From a virus (Duplodnaviria > Caudoviricetes), in the IMG/VR virus record IMGVR_UViG_3300028558_000028, positions 572-64,571 of that record: 64,000 nucleotides of DNA, one strand, 5' to 3'. The translations under genes were made by a program, and so were the position numbers. Numbering within the stretch: the first letter of the stretch is position 1; each line of letters starts with the position of its first letter. Under the pieces are notes generated by a model. That model did not search any database. It was not told where the DNA came from and saw only the letters and a list, made by a program, of their open reading frames with translations. Below are positions 9,759 through 18,897 of the stretch, in pieces.

Positions 9759-10025
9759 ATGGCGAGAGACCCAGCAGTTCTATTCGTTAAGCCCGGGGCG
9801 ATCAAGGCGGTCGACAAGCGCACGCTTCAAAAGGCAGGCATCATTGTTGTCGAGGTTGACGACGTCGCGAACGTCAAGCTCGTCCGCGCGACCGCCGAAC
9901 TGTCGTCAACCGAGATGCTCGCGCTGGCCGCAGCGGCTATCCGAAAGGCCAACACCGATGGCGTGAGAATCGACTTCGCCAGGTTGATCTGCATCGCGCT
10001 TGAATCGAAGGGGTCGCCAGCATGA
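9759..10025 (+). CDS. hypothetical protein
   Basis: Same leader as the 9531 gene. Confidence 0.6.
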   Translation: MARDPAVLFVKPGAIKAVDKRTLQKAGIIVVEVDDVANVKLVRATAELSSTEMLALAAAAIRKANTDGVRIDFARLICIALESKGSPA

Positions 10026-10315
10026 CCGACATCCTCGAGCGCATGGCCCGGGCGATTATGGATCACGGCCTGTGGCCAGGGTCGTTCGATGACCCAGGTC
10101 ATCTGAAGAATGCATGGGATATCGAGCGGAAAAGATGCCGAGAGCTCGCCCGCGCGGCACTCACAGCGATGCGCGAGCCGACCGAGGCGATGGTTGTGGC
10201 CGGCTGCGGCGAGATCATTCCGCAGGACATGGACACCAACAACGTGCGCGAGCAGGCGCATGATTGCTGGCGGGCCATGATAGACGCTGCCTTGGTTCAG
10301 GAGCAACCTTCATGA
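10022..10315 (+). CDS. small phage protein (ARAA..AMREPT.AM...WRAMIDAAL family)
   Basis: Motif shared with the next gene. Confidence 0.65.
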   Translation: MTDILERMARAIMDHGLWPGSFDDPGHLKNAWDIERKRCRELARAALTAMREPTEAMVVAGCGEIIPQDMDTNNVREQAHDCWRAMIDAALVQEQPS

Positions 10316-10581
10316 GCGAGATCGTTGATCGCGTGGCCGATGCCGTGCAGGATGTCGTTCTGGCGCATGTCCAGCCGATGCCGGGGACCAAATCGCCCTA
10401 CAGCGACTGGGATGAATGGTTCAACGCGATTGCCCGCGCCGCGATCAGGGCCATGCGCGAGCCAAGCACGGCGATGATCCGGGAAGGCGAGAGCGCCGCT
10501 CCATTCGGGATTGGAAAGCCGAGCGACGACGAAGCCATCCCTCGCGTTTGGCGCGCTATGATCAACGCGGCGCTCCAGTGA
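10312..10581 (+). CDS. paralog of the preceding gene
   Basis: 'ARAAIRAMREPSTAM...WRAMINAAL'; ATGA overlap. Confidence 0.65.
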   Translation: MSEIVDRVADAVQDVVLAHVQPMPGTKSPYSDWDEWFNAIARAAIRAMREPSTAMIREGESAAPFGIGKPSDDEAIPRVWRAMINAALQ

Positions 10582-10646
10582 AACGACCGAAGCATCACTT
10601 CTACGGAACGGATATCCACTGCCGTGGCTTCCCTTGAGCAGCATAG

Positions 10647-11000
10647 ATGAGCGACATCGACAGAGCCATAGATTCTCTCAATCGCCTGAGCCTTTTAGCA
10701 CAGCTCCTTGATATGGTTAGAATGGCAGAAAAAGCGAGCAGACCCGTTTGTGGAAGTTGCTTCTTCTGGATGAAAAGTTCACTATGCCCAAGGGAGCGAA
10801 ATGTAAATGGTATGTCGAGGGGGCCGTCTTGCGAAGACGCGATCTGCGGTAAATTTAAGATCACTAACGATGCCATAAACAACATCGATGAGCGCTTCCG
10901 ACAAGCCGTGGACTTCGCGACACAGCATGGCCTGCCTATGCCCACGAGGGCCTATAGGCAGCAAGTGCTTGCTGAAACGCAAAACGCCGCCCCGGGGTGA
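10647..11000 (+). CDS. lower-GC Cys-containing hypothetical protein
   Basis: 117-aa ORF 'CGSCFFW...CPRE'. Confidence 0.55.
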   Translation: MSDIDRAIDSLNRLSLLAQLLDMVRMAEKASRPVCGSCFFWMKSSLCPRERNVNGMSRGPSCEDAICGKFKITNDAINNIDERFRQAVDFATQHGLPMPTRAYRQQVLAETQNAAPG

Positions 11001-11012
11001 GCCGGAGCGGCG
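10981..11012 (-). terminator. intrinsic terminator ending the late operon (possibly bidirectional)
   Basis: Minus strand CGCCGCTCCGG-CTCACC-CCGGGGCGGCG-TTTT, at the point where the two transcription directions converge. Confidence 0.6.
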
Positions 11013-11048
11013 CTGAATAGGAGAGGGATTCGTGCCGGGCCTAGATCA

Positions 11049-11807
11049 TCACCGCCTTGCCGTGGGAGCGATACGCGTGCTGAGCACAAGGGTTGCGAGC
11101 GCCACGAGCACGCCGCCGGCGCCGACGATCCAGCCGAAGACGGAACCGACGCCAGACCCGCTGCCCTCAGCCTTGTCGAGCCGCGATTTCACATCGGTGA
11201 GCTGCGCCTCGATCGAGGATAGGCTGCCCTGCGTCTGCAGCAGCGGGCCGTCCAATCGGTCGAGCCGCGATTTCACGTCGGATAGCTGCGCCTCCTGCGC
11301 GTTGGTCGTCTGCACGAAGCTGGCACGGAGCTGCGCCAGGGCCTCTCCGGACTGCGCCTGGGCCTTCTCGACGGACGACGCGGACGCGAGCTGCTGCTGG
11401 CCCACTGCCTCTTTGGCGGCCTGCAGCGCTGCGGCGACGGCGGTCGAGCCGGCGGCCGTGCGCTCCTGAAACTGGATCTCCAATTTGTCGACACGCCCGC
11501 CAACGACCTCCTGCGCGTTCGCGATCTTGCTCTCCATGAGCGTCTGGAGATTAGAGACCGCTCGGTCGACCAGCGTCGGCACCCGGACGGAATCCTGATG
11601 CGACAGCTCGACAGCCTTCTCGATCGCGTCAAAGTGGACCTGGATGCTCGCGAGCGCGCGGTCAAGGTCGGAGCGCGTGATGGGCGTGGTGTCGGGGAAT
11701 TCGACCGTCGGCGCCGCTGCCCTGATCTGTGTCGGATCAGGCGTCTGCGCGGCGACCCCGGAGCCGAGAGCGAGAGCCGCGGAAGCCGCGAGAGAGAGAC
11801 GCCGCAT
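11049..11807 (-). CDS. signal-peptide + coiled-coil + C-terminal TM protein (lysis/envelope block)
   Basis: N-term 'MRRLSLAASAALALGSGVAAQ'; heptad repeats; C-terminal hydrophobic helix. Confidence 0.7.
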   Translation of the reverse strand: MRRLSLAASAALALGSGVAAQTPDPTQIRAAAPTVEFPDTTPITRSDLDRALASIQVHFDAIEKAVELSHQDSVRVPTLVDRAVSNLQTLMESKIANAQEVVGGRVDKLEIQFQERTAAGSTAVAAALQAAKEAVGQQQLASASSVEKAQAQSGEALAQLRASFVQTTNAQEAQLSDVKSRLDRLDGPLLQTQGSLSSIEAQLTDVKSRLDKAEGSGSGVGSVFGWIVGAGGVLVALATLVLSTRIAPTARR

Positions 11808-11811
11808 CGCC

Positions 11812-11982
11812 CTACCGGAAGCCGCCGCGGAACAGGACCCAGATCACCAGGATCAAGACCACCGTCCCGATCCCGATGCCGAAGCCCCCGCTCGAGCCGT
11901 AGTTGTTGTAGCCGTAGTACCCGCCGCCACCGCCGAGCACGACGACAACGACGAGGATGAGCAATAGCATGCCGAGGCTCAT
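11812..11982 (-). CDS. DUF3309-like small two-TM Gly-rich membrane protein
   Basis: Translated by hand: MSLGMLLLILVVVVLGGGGGYYGYNNYGSSGGFGIGIGTVVLILVIWVLFRGGFR; SD AAAGGAA. Confidence 0.7.
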   Translation of the reverse strand: MSLGMLLLILVVVVVLGGGGGYYGYNNYGSSGGFGIGIGTVVLILVIWVLFRGGFR

Positions 11983-11997
11983 GTGATGTTCCTTTGC

Positions 11998-12282
11998 CTA
12001 TGGGACTCGGTGCGGCTGCACCTCGTGGCGCACAAACCATTCAAGGTCTTGCAGAGATGTCTTGATGGCGCTCGCGTCGGTCTTCAGGTCGCTGATGGCC
12101 TGGAGCACGTCGAGATAGTGCTGCTCGGCCTTGTCGTTGTCGGTCCGCGCCGACGTTGACAGTTGCTCGATCTGCTGCGTGTGTAGATCGGTGTTTTCCT
12201 TCACCGTCGCTATGCTGTTACTGAACCAAAGGGCTGCTATCGTCCCGCCGGACACGAGCAGCACCGCGTTGAATCGGCTCAT
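11998..12282 (-). CDS. membrane-anchored coiled-coil protein (holin/antiholin-like)
   Basis: N-terminal TM followed by coiled coil. Confidence 0.5.
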   Translation of the reverse strand: MSRFNAVLLVSGGTIAALWFSNSIATVKENTDLHTQQIEQLSTSARTDNDKAEQHYLDVLQAISDLKTDASAIKTSLQDLEWFVRHEVQPHRVP

Positions 12283-12553
12283 TGGAGAGCCTTTTAGCAT
12301 GGTCAAAAACCAAGTTGCGATCGACTCGATCAGCATCTTTTTGTTGCCTCTTGAAAACCCAGATGGGTACTGCGATCATGGCGATGAGAGTTACGGCGAG
12401 CCCAGTCGTGAGACACCTCCCGATCTTGCGTCGTTCGTCAGCCCGGATTCGTGCCTCAAACGCCGGCGCGTACTTGTCGATCGCCCGGCCGAGTTCCACG
12501 GCCATCTCGCCGCGGAACCGGACCTCTGGCGGAAACTCGTAGACGGCAGGCAT
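12218..12553 (-). CDS. single-TM hypothetical protein
   Basis: TGATG coupling with the upstream gene; TM 'LAVTLIAMIAVPIWVF'. Confidence 0.5.
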   Translation of the reverse strand: MPAVYEFPPEVRFRGEMAVELGRAIDKYAPAFEARIRADERRKIGRCLTTGLAVTLIAMIAVPIWVFKRQQKDADRVDRNLVFDHAKRLSNEPIQRGAARVRRDDSSPLVQ

Positions 12554-12966
12554 CAGGACTTCGGCAAGATGCCATACGACTGCAGCTCTTCCTTGATCCA
12601 CGGGTCGGTCTCGGTCAGCAGCCAGGTCTCAAAGGCCGGGAACTTGCCGATGAGAATCTTCAGCACGTCGGCGACGACGCCCGAATGAACAGCCACCGTC
12701 AGCGCGCTGCCGCGCGAGATCGTCTCGATCTCCGAGAAGAGGCTCATGAACAGGTCGTGCACCTCGCTCGGCGGCAGAAGCGTCAGGAGGAGGCCCGGGG
12801 CGTACATCTGCCAGAAGAACGCCACCGTCGAGGAAATCGGCGATGCGACCTCGACGAGAGCAGTCGTAAGGTACTGCCCCCATGCGGCGGTCAGCTCGGT
12901 CGTTGCGGGCGTGGTGGCCGGCGGCATCGTGGCGGGCTTGGGTACCGTAGCGGTCTGATCGGTCAT
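12553..12966 (-). CDS. hypothetical (holin-like hydrophobic) protein
   Basis: SD GAGGA before ATG 12966. Confidence 0.55.
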   Translation of the reverse strand: MTDQTATVPKPATMPPATTPATTELTAAWGQYLTTALVEVASPISSTVAFFWQMYAPGLLLTLLPPSEVHDLFMSLFSEIETISRGSALTVAVHSGVVADVLKILIGKFPAFETWLLTETDPWIKEELQSYGILPKS

Positions 12967-13030
12967 TGTGTCCTCGGATTGGTTGCGCGGCATCAGCCGG
13001 CGCGCGCGCGGCTTCTCGGGGAGGCTCGGT

Positions 13031-13801
13031 TCAGCCGGTCAGCAGCAGATCCGCGTCGCGCTTGATGGTGGAAAGATGCAGCATGCTCGGGGAGAGCTGG
13101 TTGGTCCGGATCCACTGGTCCGTCACGACGGCCTGGAGATCGCCGCCAAGGCGAGGCGATGCGCACTCCATCAGCCAGGCCGCTTTCAGCTTCTGTCGCT
13201 GGCCCCAGGTGACGGCCTCGAACACGTCGCCATCGTAGGCGCCGACCAGCACCTCATGGCCGTTGTCCTGGTTCGGTGGCTTGCCGGCGACGATCGACCA
13301 CGGCTCGTTCGCGTCGAACTGGTCCTCGGCATTGTCGGGGAGCGCGACGCCGACGAACACGGGTCCAAGCCAGTCGATCGCGAGCTTCAGGAGCTGCAGG
13401 TTGCCTGGATTGATCCGGATGCGGCTGATGATCTTCGTGCCGGCCACGCCGATGACCTGCCAGTAGGCGCCGGCCGCATCGAAGTCGCTGCCGACGTCGG
13501 TATCTGGCTTGTCGGGATCGAAGGCCGGCACCACGGCGTGGTAGAGCCCGAAGGCATCGGCCGCGCCGAAGTCCGGCACCGGCCGGCTCGTGTTGGCGGC
13601 GAAGACCCGCACGCCGTTCAGCGTCGCGGCGAAGACGCAGTCGCCGACCGTGTCGTTGCCGAGCGGGTCCCATGACGGGACCTTGCTCAGCCAGTCGCAC
13701 GATGGCCGCGGCGCCGGCAGGATGTGGCCCGCGACGACGGACGAGAACAGCGGCAGCGCGAGGTTGTGGCGGCCCAGCCGCAGCCCGGTCTTGCGCCTCA
13801 T
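13031..13801 (-). CDS. papain-like (C1-type) cysteine peptidase
   Basis: 'LGNDTVGDCVFAA' catalytic Cys, 'GHEVLVGAYD' His, 'VTWG'. Confidence 0.75.
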   Translation of the reverse strand: MRRKTGLRLGRHNLALPLFSSVVAGHILPAPRPSCDWLSKVPSWDPLGNDTVGDCVFAATLNGVRVFAANTSRPVPDFGAADAFGLYHAVVPAFDPDKPDTDVGSDFDAAGAYWQVIGVAGTKIISRIRINPGNLQLLKLAIDWLGPVFVGVALPDNAEDQFDANEPWSIVAGKPPNQDNGHEVLVGAYDGDVFEAVTWGQRQKLKAAWLMECASPRLGGDLQAVVTDQWIRTNQLSPSMLHLSTIKRDADLLLTG

Positions 13802-14310
13802 CGCATGAAACGCCGATGGAAGCGGCGCGCCCGCTTCGGGACGAGCGGCGCGAACCGATCCTGCAGCGCACGGCCTTCAGACAGCGCGCGGAGGAGGGTG
13901 CCGCTCACGTGAAGCGAGCCGCGCATCGCTCTCTTCGCTGCCATTGGCTGGCTGATCGCTGCCATGATCGTGTTGATGGCGTTGTCGACGCTGATCAGGG
14001 TGGTCGTCAGGTCGGTCGGCGGCGTCTTGCATGCGGTATCGAGGACCGCGAAGGCCGCCGTCGCACCAGCGACAACGACGACTGGGGCAAGCCCCGTGGC
14101 TCTGATAAGCGACCACGCCGCGGATGCGGTCGGCTCCCACTTGCATGCAGCGGCGAGCGCCGCCTGAGCGTCGCCACCGAGGTCCGTCACGGCGGTGTCG
14201 ATCTGGCCCAGCGTCGAGCAGCCGCCGAGCGCGGCCGCGCCGCCGAACACGGCTGACATGGTGAGAAAGCGACGGCGGTCGAGCGCCGCCGCGGGGGGCG
14301 TCGTTTTCAT
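13798..14310 (-). CDS. twin-arginine (Tat) signal lipoprotein
   Basis: 'LDRRRFLTMSAVFGGAAALGG|C': RRxFL motif plus lipobox. Confidence 0.7.
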   Translation of the reverse strand: MKTTPPAAALDRRRFLTMSAVFGGAAALGGCSTLGQIDTAVTDLGGDAQAALAAACKWEPTASAAWSLIRATGLAPVVVVAGATAAFAVLDTACKTPPTDLTTTLISVDNAINTIMAAISQPMAAKRAMRGSLHVSGTLLRALSEGRALQDRFAPLVPKRARRFHRRFMR

Positions 14311-14422
14311 GGGGATGATCCTGATGATGTGGCGCGGTGCGACAGCCGGTCGCACTCGGTTTGTCCGTTCCGGATTTCCGGTTTCCACGTCGCTTTCCCT
14401 TTAAGGGGATAGGAGGTGCGCG

Positions 14423-14710
14423 ATGGACGATTTGGAAATGGAAGAGTGGCTGGCGCTTTCGGATGGGCAGCAGCAGGTCATGCTTGATCGAAAGATGGCC
14501 GCCTTCAAACGGTGGTTCGATCGACTGTCAACCGCCGAGCAAATCACCTATTGCACACGGCGCGCGCTTAAGAATTGCGCGCAGTGGCGTCGGCTGATGC
14601 GGCGTCTGCCCGCGGGAGGGTGGTCGAGAGAGCATCTACGCACTATACAGATGCGCCTGCTGAAGCTCAGAACGTGGCGCCAGACCGGTGTCTATCCGGG
14701 CAGCGGGTAG
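14423..14710 (+). CDS. opposite-strand accessory (moron-like) protein
   Basis: Strong SD AGGAGGT; the only + strand gene in the lysis block. Confidence 0.65.
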   Translation: MDDLEMEEWLALSDGQQQVMLDRKMAAFKRWFDRLSTAEQITYCTRRALKNCAQWRRLMRRLPAGGWSREHLRTIQMRLLKLRTWRQTGVYPGSG

Positions 14711-14717
14711 GTCTCAG

Positions 14718-14945
14718 TTAGCCCGCGGCTTGAGCTTCCTTCGCTTGCTTGTCAGCGAGAACGCGGGGGTCGTTGTAGTCGAGGTCGACGATCTCCAGCG
14801 TGCGCGTCGTCGTGCAGTAAAGCAACTGCTCGCCAGATTCCGCAGTGAAAACCTGCTCGTTCACGACTTCGCGGTCAGACATCTTATCGCGAGTGCGTAC
14901 GAGGACGGGATAGTTGTGCGACAGCACTTTTACCGTGGTCGTCAT
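14718..14945 (-). CDS. hypothetical protein
   Basis: Leader CATCAGGATCATCCCCATG identical to that of the Tat lipoprotein. Confidence 0.6.
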   Translation of the reverse strand: MTTTVKVLSHNYPVLVRTRDKMSDREVVNEQVFTAESGEQLLYCTTTRTLEIVDLDYNDPRVLADKQAKEAQAAG

Positions 14946-15147
14946 GGGGATGATCCTGATGGATTGCGCCGTTCCGCGGCGCTCGGTTACTTCGTCGCCT
15001 TCTCGATCTTGGCGATGAGCGTCTTCAGCCATGCGGCCTTGAAACCGGCGATCGACAGTTCGAGGTTGCCCTTGTGCCCACGCGCGCGATGGAGTTCGCG
15101 ATCGGCCTCAGCATTGCGCAGCTCAGCGCGGAGGATATCGAGAGCCG

Positions 15148-15432
15148 TCAGCGGAGCGCCTGGCACGCCTGGCTCACCGCGATCCGCGGCGGCTCGGCGC
15201 CCACGCCGTTGCTGATCGTCACCGTGCAGCCGGCGGGGCAGGTCAGCACGACGGGATTAACGCGCGCATCGATCGAGCAGTCGGAGATGAGGGCGCGGAG
15301 CGAGAGGCCGTGGTGCTGCGCGGCGCGGGCCGGTCCTGCGAACGTCATGCCGAGCAGCCACACGATGAACGCGATCGCGGGAAGCAGGCCGACGAGGACG
15401 CCGCCGAAGAACGAGGGCCAGTGGATGCGCAT
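15148..15432 (-). CDS. membrane/secreted Cys-containing hypothetical protein
   Basis: N-terminal TM 'FFGGVLVGLLPAIAFIVWLLG'. Confidence 0.5.
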   Translation of the reverse strand: MRIHWPSFFGGVLVGLLPAIAFIVWLLGMTFAGPARAAQHHGLSLRALISDCSIDARVNPVVLTCPAGCTVTISNGVGAEPPRIAVSQACQALR

Positions 15433-15437
15433 GGCGA

Positions 15438-16025
15438 TCACGCGACCGCGGCGAGCGCCTCGGCGCGCTCGAACACCTTGGACCACTGCAACGCGCCCGG
15501 GTCCCAGTGCTGGTCCGGCAACGGCATGTCGCCGTGACCGAGCCAGCCCGAGAACGTGCCGAGCTTGCCGGCATGGCGATGCGGATTGTCGCCAGCGCGG
15601 CCGAAGTCGCCGTCCGGCCAAGGGTGCGCCAGTGGGATGCCCCACACGTCGCGGCAGGCCAACATCAGCGAGGCGAGCGCGTCGAGCGTCTCCGGATCCG
15701 GGAGCCAGAGCGTCGGCTTCGAAAAGCCGATCATCTCGATCTCGACTCGCGCCTTGTTGTTGTGCGCTTCGCACGCGAGCCCGGTAAAGCCGATCGGCAT
15801 GAGCTGCGCGATCTCAGCCTTGCCATACCCGTTCAGCCCGACCAGGAAGTGCGGGGCCCAGTGCTGCTTGAACACGCCAAGGCTGCCGGGCCACCCGCCC
15901 TCCGTGGTATGCAGGATGCCCGCCGGCGGCGCACTCAGGTCGATCGTGAGGTTGTGCTGAAACGGGCACGGCGCCTGGACGACAGGAAAGCGACCGGCCT
16001 TGTCGATCGTGGGGCGGAGCGACAT
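15438..16025 (-). CDS. N-acetylmuramoyl-L-alanine amidase (Amidase_2-like)
   Basis: Zn motifs 'ILHTTEG', 'PHFLV', 'EIEMIG', 'GHGDMP...HWDPG'. Confidence 0.8.
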   Translation of the reverse strand: MSLRPTIDKAGRFPVVQAPCPFQHNLTIDLSAPPAGILHTTEGGWPGSLGVFKQHWAPHFLVGLNGYGKAEIAQLMPIGFTGLACEAHNNKARVEIEMIGFSKPTLWLPDPETLDALASLMLACRDVWGIPLAHPWPDGDFGRAGDNPHRHAGKLGTFSGWLGHGDMPLPDQHWDPGALQWSKVFERAEALAAVA

Positions 16026-16105
16026 GCGTCACCTCATGAGGAATCGCGCCGCCAGGTCGGCAGCGGTGGAAGCAGGAACGGGAGCAGATAGGAGGACGCG
16101 ACGGC

Positions 16106-16645
16106 CTACAGATCGCCGTCCTGAACCACGTACTCGAACCGCGGCGTGGTGTGCGGATCGCCGCGCCACCATGGAATGAGCCCCAACGGGCCGTAGTCCC
16201 CGATGAGAAACATCCGCTGCTCGGCGATGCGGCGGGTGAGCAGGCCTGACAGATGGGCGCCGGCGCTGTTCGTGTCGAGGGTTACGAGCATCGCAGCGAC
16301 GGCGGACGTCTCGCCACGAATGACGCCCCGAACAACAAGCGCCATGATCTCAAGAAAATCTCGGTTGCCGCGGTTGTAGTGGAGTGATACCAGCGCATCG
16401 AATTCCTGTTGCAGGATGGTGGTGCCTCCAAGCAGCCGGTTGACGTCCTTCTCCCGCAGCGCGACGTCGGCTTTGAGGTGCGCCAACGCTTGCTGCGGGG
16501 TCCAGCGATCGGTCGGCTTGATGTCCGGGCTGTTGAAGCCGCAGCCGATGCTCAGGTGCGGCCCGTCCGCGTAAGGAACCTCGACGATCGCCTCGCGGCA
16601 GGCGATGAAGAGCCGGCCATTGCGGCTCGTCGTCATCACCGACAT
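16106..16645 (-). CDS. GH24 phage lysozyme (endolysin)
   Basis: 'REAIVEVPYADG...SIGCG', 'QQEFDALVSLHYNRG', 'GLLTRRIAEQRMF'. Confidence 0.85.
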   Translation of the reverse strand: MSVMTTSRNGRLFIACREAIVEVPYADGPHLSIGCGFNSPDIKPTDRWTPQQALAHLKADVALREKDVNRLLGGTTILQQEFDALVSLHYNRGNRDFLEIMALVVRGVIRGETSAVAAMLVTLDTNSAGAHLSGLLTRRIAEQRMFLIGDYGPLGLIPWWRGDPHTTPRFEYVVQDGDL

Positions 16646-16650
16646 GGCGA

Positions 16651-16989
16651 TCAGCTCCCCGCCGGCACGTTGCCGCTCGGCGTGAAGCCCGACGGCTGAG
16701 ACGCCTGCTTCGCCAGGTCGAGGATGCGGTCCGTCGCCTTGTCGAATTCGGCTTGGTCGTCCGCCTGCTGTGCGGCCCTCGCCGCGGCGGTAGCGGCCTG
16801 CAGCTCGGTCGCGATCTGCTGCTTTTCGGCGTTGAAGGCTGCGGTCAACTGGTCGAGCGCGGCCTGCAGCTTGTCATCGTTGGCGGTCATGATTCTCTCC
16901 AGATTGTCCACCTTCCGGTGGAGGGACTTGACGAGTTCGTGCGTCGCCCGGGCTTGGGCGAACAGGTCTGCCAAGGCGCTGAGGCTCAC
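16651..16989 (-). CDS. coiled-coil hypothetical protein
   Basis: GTGA coupling; heptad pattern. Confidence 0.55.
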   Translation of the reverse strand: MSLSALADLFAQARATHELVKSLHRKVDNLERIMTANDDKLQAALDQLTAAFNAEKQQIATELQAATAAARAAQQADDQAEFDKATDRILDLAKQASQPSGFTPSGNVPAGS

Positions 16990-17468
16990 CCGGCGAGGAC
17001 CGCGTTGATCTGGTCCACGACTTCGCTGTAAAATACTGGATGTATCCCCGGCTGATCGCCGGTCTGCCAGACGGTCACCCAGGGCGGCGCGAGCGGCCCG
17101 GCAAACCGGACGCGGTCGTCGTAGACCTCGTAGCTGGCGACCTGCCGGAGCCATTCGTTGACGCCCGTCAGGTTGACCTTGTCGTTGCCGGGGCCGACGC
17201 CGATGATCATGATCGAGCGCGCGCCGCGGGCGAGCAGTTCAGAGAGCTGCGGTTCGACGAACGCGCGGCCGTCCGGGTTGTTCGAAATGCCACACGATAG
17301 CAGCACGTTGCGGTCGCGGATCAGGCCGGCCGGCGTCGCGCGAATGACGGCGAGGACCTGATGCGGCTCGCGGTCCTTCAGGCAGCTATGCGGGATGCCG
17401 GCCGCTTCCGCAGTCCCGGCGCCGATGCTGTCGCCGCCCGGGGCGATCCAGTCGATGCTGTTGATCAC
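16986..17468 (-). CDS. SGNH/GDSL-like hydrolase
   Basis: 'GGDSIGAG' block I, 'GISNN' block III, 'PGIHP..Y' block V. Confidence 0.55.
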   Translation of the reverse strand: MINSIDWIAPGGDSIGAGTAEAAGIPHSCLKDREPHQVLAVIRATPAGLIRDRNVLLSCGISNNPDGRAFVEPQLSELLARGARSIMIIGVGPGNDKVNLTGVNEWLRQVASYEVYDDRVRFAGPLAPPWVTVWQTGDQPGIHPVFYSEVVDQINAVLAG

Positions 17469-17665
17469 GACTTCGGCTCAGCCAAGGTTAGCCGCCACGC
17501 CTGTATCCAGGCCTCTTTCGCGTCGCTAACGGCGATCCAAGAGCACTCGACCGAGACGCGCTCGTTACGCCAGCACAGGCCGGTGACGATCGCAGTGAGA
17601 TCGCGGCAGCCGTCGATCCAGACGCGATCGCCGAGCGCGAAGGGACTTTCGAACGTAGCTCTCAT
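17465..17665 (-). CDS. small SH3-like hypothetical protein
   Basis: 'FALGDRVWIDG...AIVTG...VECSW'; coupled to neighbours. Confidence 0.55.
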   Translation of the reverse strand: MRATFESPFALGDRVWIDGCRDLTAIVTGLCWRNERVSVECSWIAVSDAKEAWIQAWRLTLAEPKS

Positions 17666-18012
17666 GTCGCACCTGCCGGCGTGAAGAAGCAGTACACGGT
17701 CGGGTTCTCCGTCATGTAGGGGCTCCAAAAGCCCCAATACGTGCCATCGGGAGATGGAAGCGACTTCGCGAACGGAATCGCCGTGCCGAGCCCGTCCACG
17801 TGGTAGCCGTCAGAGGCGATGCGGACCTGGTCATCGCGCAGGTGATGCACGTCGCTCGGGCCGCAGCACGCTCGCTTGACCCAGGCCGGCACAGGTTCGC
17901 CGTTGGCCCATTGGTCGTGCGCACGAGCCGGCGCGAGGCCGATCACGAGCAGCACGAACGCGAGCACGCCGAACGCGACCATCGTCAGCCGGAACACCTG
18001 CGCGCCGGTCAT
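17662..18012 (-). CDS. secreted Cys-containing protein
   Basis: Signal peptide ending 'APARA|HDQW', then 'CCGPSD'. Confidence 0.65.
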   Translation of the reverse strand: MTGAQVFRLTMVAFGVLAFVLLVIGLAPARAHDQWANGEPVPAWVKRACCGPSDVHHLRDDQVRIASDGYHVDGLGTAIPFAKSLPSPDGTYWGFWSPYMTENPTVYCFFTPAGAT

Positions 18013-18233
18013 TGCGGCACCCCGACAGCGCCGGGCGCCGGCCTACGCGGGCAGAGAGGTCCCTGGCAGGTGCGCTCCGCGGTCGGCGGGCAAATGCAAC
18101 CGTGCGGAGGAGGCGACTGATAGATCAGCGTCCGATCCTGGACAACTGGAGGCCAGGGTCCAAGCGTCTCCAGGTAGCCCGAGCACGTGTACGGCGGGAC
18201 CTTGCAGCGGCCGGTGCAATAGCACGCGCTCAT
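18009..18233 (-). CDS. small Cys/Pro-rich protein
   Basis: MSACYCTGRC...GCICPPTAERTCQGPLCP; ATGA overlaps at both ends. Confidence 0.55.
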   Translation of the reverse strand: MSACYCTGRCKVPPYTCSGYLETLGPWPPVVQDRTLIYQSPPPHGCICPPTAERTCQGPLCPRRPAPGAVGVPQ

Positions 18234-18793
18234 GCGTATCTCCAGTGATGATGATGCCGCGCCGCGTGGCGATGCCGGACGTGGTGGCCGTGCACATGGA
18301 TCGGCCAGGGGACGGCGGCGGCAATGCTTGGCGCCGCGGGCGCATAGGCCAGCGCGGCCGTTGGCATCCCGCCCCGCGCGATCTGCCGAGCCCCGATCGG
18401 CTCGATGTGCCAGCTTTCCCAGCTCAGTGGGAACGTCAGGCCGAAACGGGCGGCAGCCACGTGAGCCGCCGCCCGCATGCCGGGGCCTGGAAAATGCAGA
18501 TCCGCCGCGAGGCCGGCTTGATGCATCGACCGACCGGGCGGCGCGACCATCCACGACGCGCTCCGGCCGTAGCGATGCCGCGCCCGCGCATAGAGTGCCG
18601 CCTGCGAGCCGGGCGAGCGATAGCCGGATGTGATCGTTACGCCCGGCAGCGCGTGCAGCAGCGCCTCGAGGCGAGCGGCGAAGAACGGCTGGAGGCCGAC
18701 CGTGGTCGCGGCATAGACCGGCGTGTTGCCCGCGCACGACGCGCAGAGCAGCGCGCCGGCGAGCGCCAGCGCCGAGAGGAAGCGGTGAAGCAT
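18230..18793 (-). CDS. M15-family (VanY-like) peptidoglycan peptidase with signal peptide
   Basis: 'SGYRS...Q', 'SMHQAGLAAD' (SxHxxGxAxD), 'ESWHIE'. Confidence 0.85.
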   Translation of the reverse strand: MLHRFLSALALAGALLCASCAGNTPVYAATTVGLQPFFAARLEALLHALPGVTITSGYRSPGSQAALYARARHRYGRSASWMVAPPGRSMHQAGLAADLHFPGPGMRAAAHVAAARFGLTFPLSWESWHIEPIGARQIARGGMPTAALAYAPAAPSIAAAVPWPIHVHGHHVRHRHAARHHHHWRYA

Positions 18794-18897
18794 GCGAGCT
18801 TGGTTCCTTTCAGGGTCGGGCGCGGGCGGCGGGGATCGCGCTCGGCATCACAGGCTCAGGACATTGACCGGGAGCGCCCAGACGACGTCGGCGAGGA

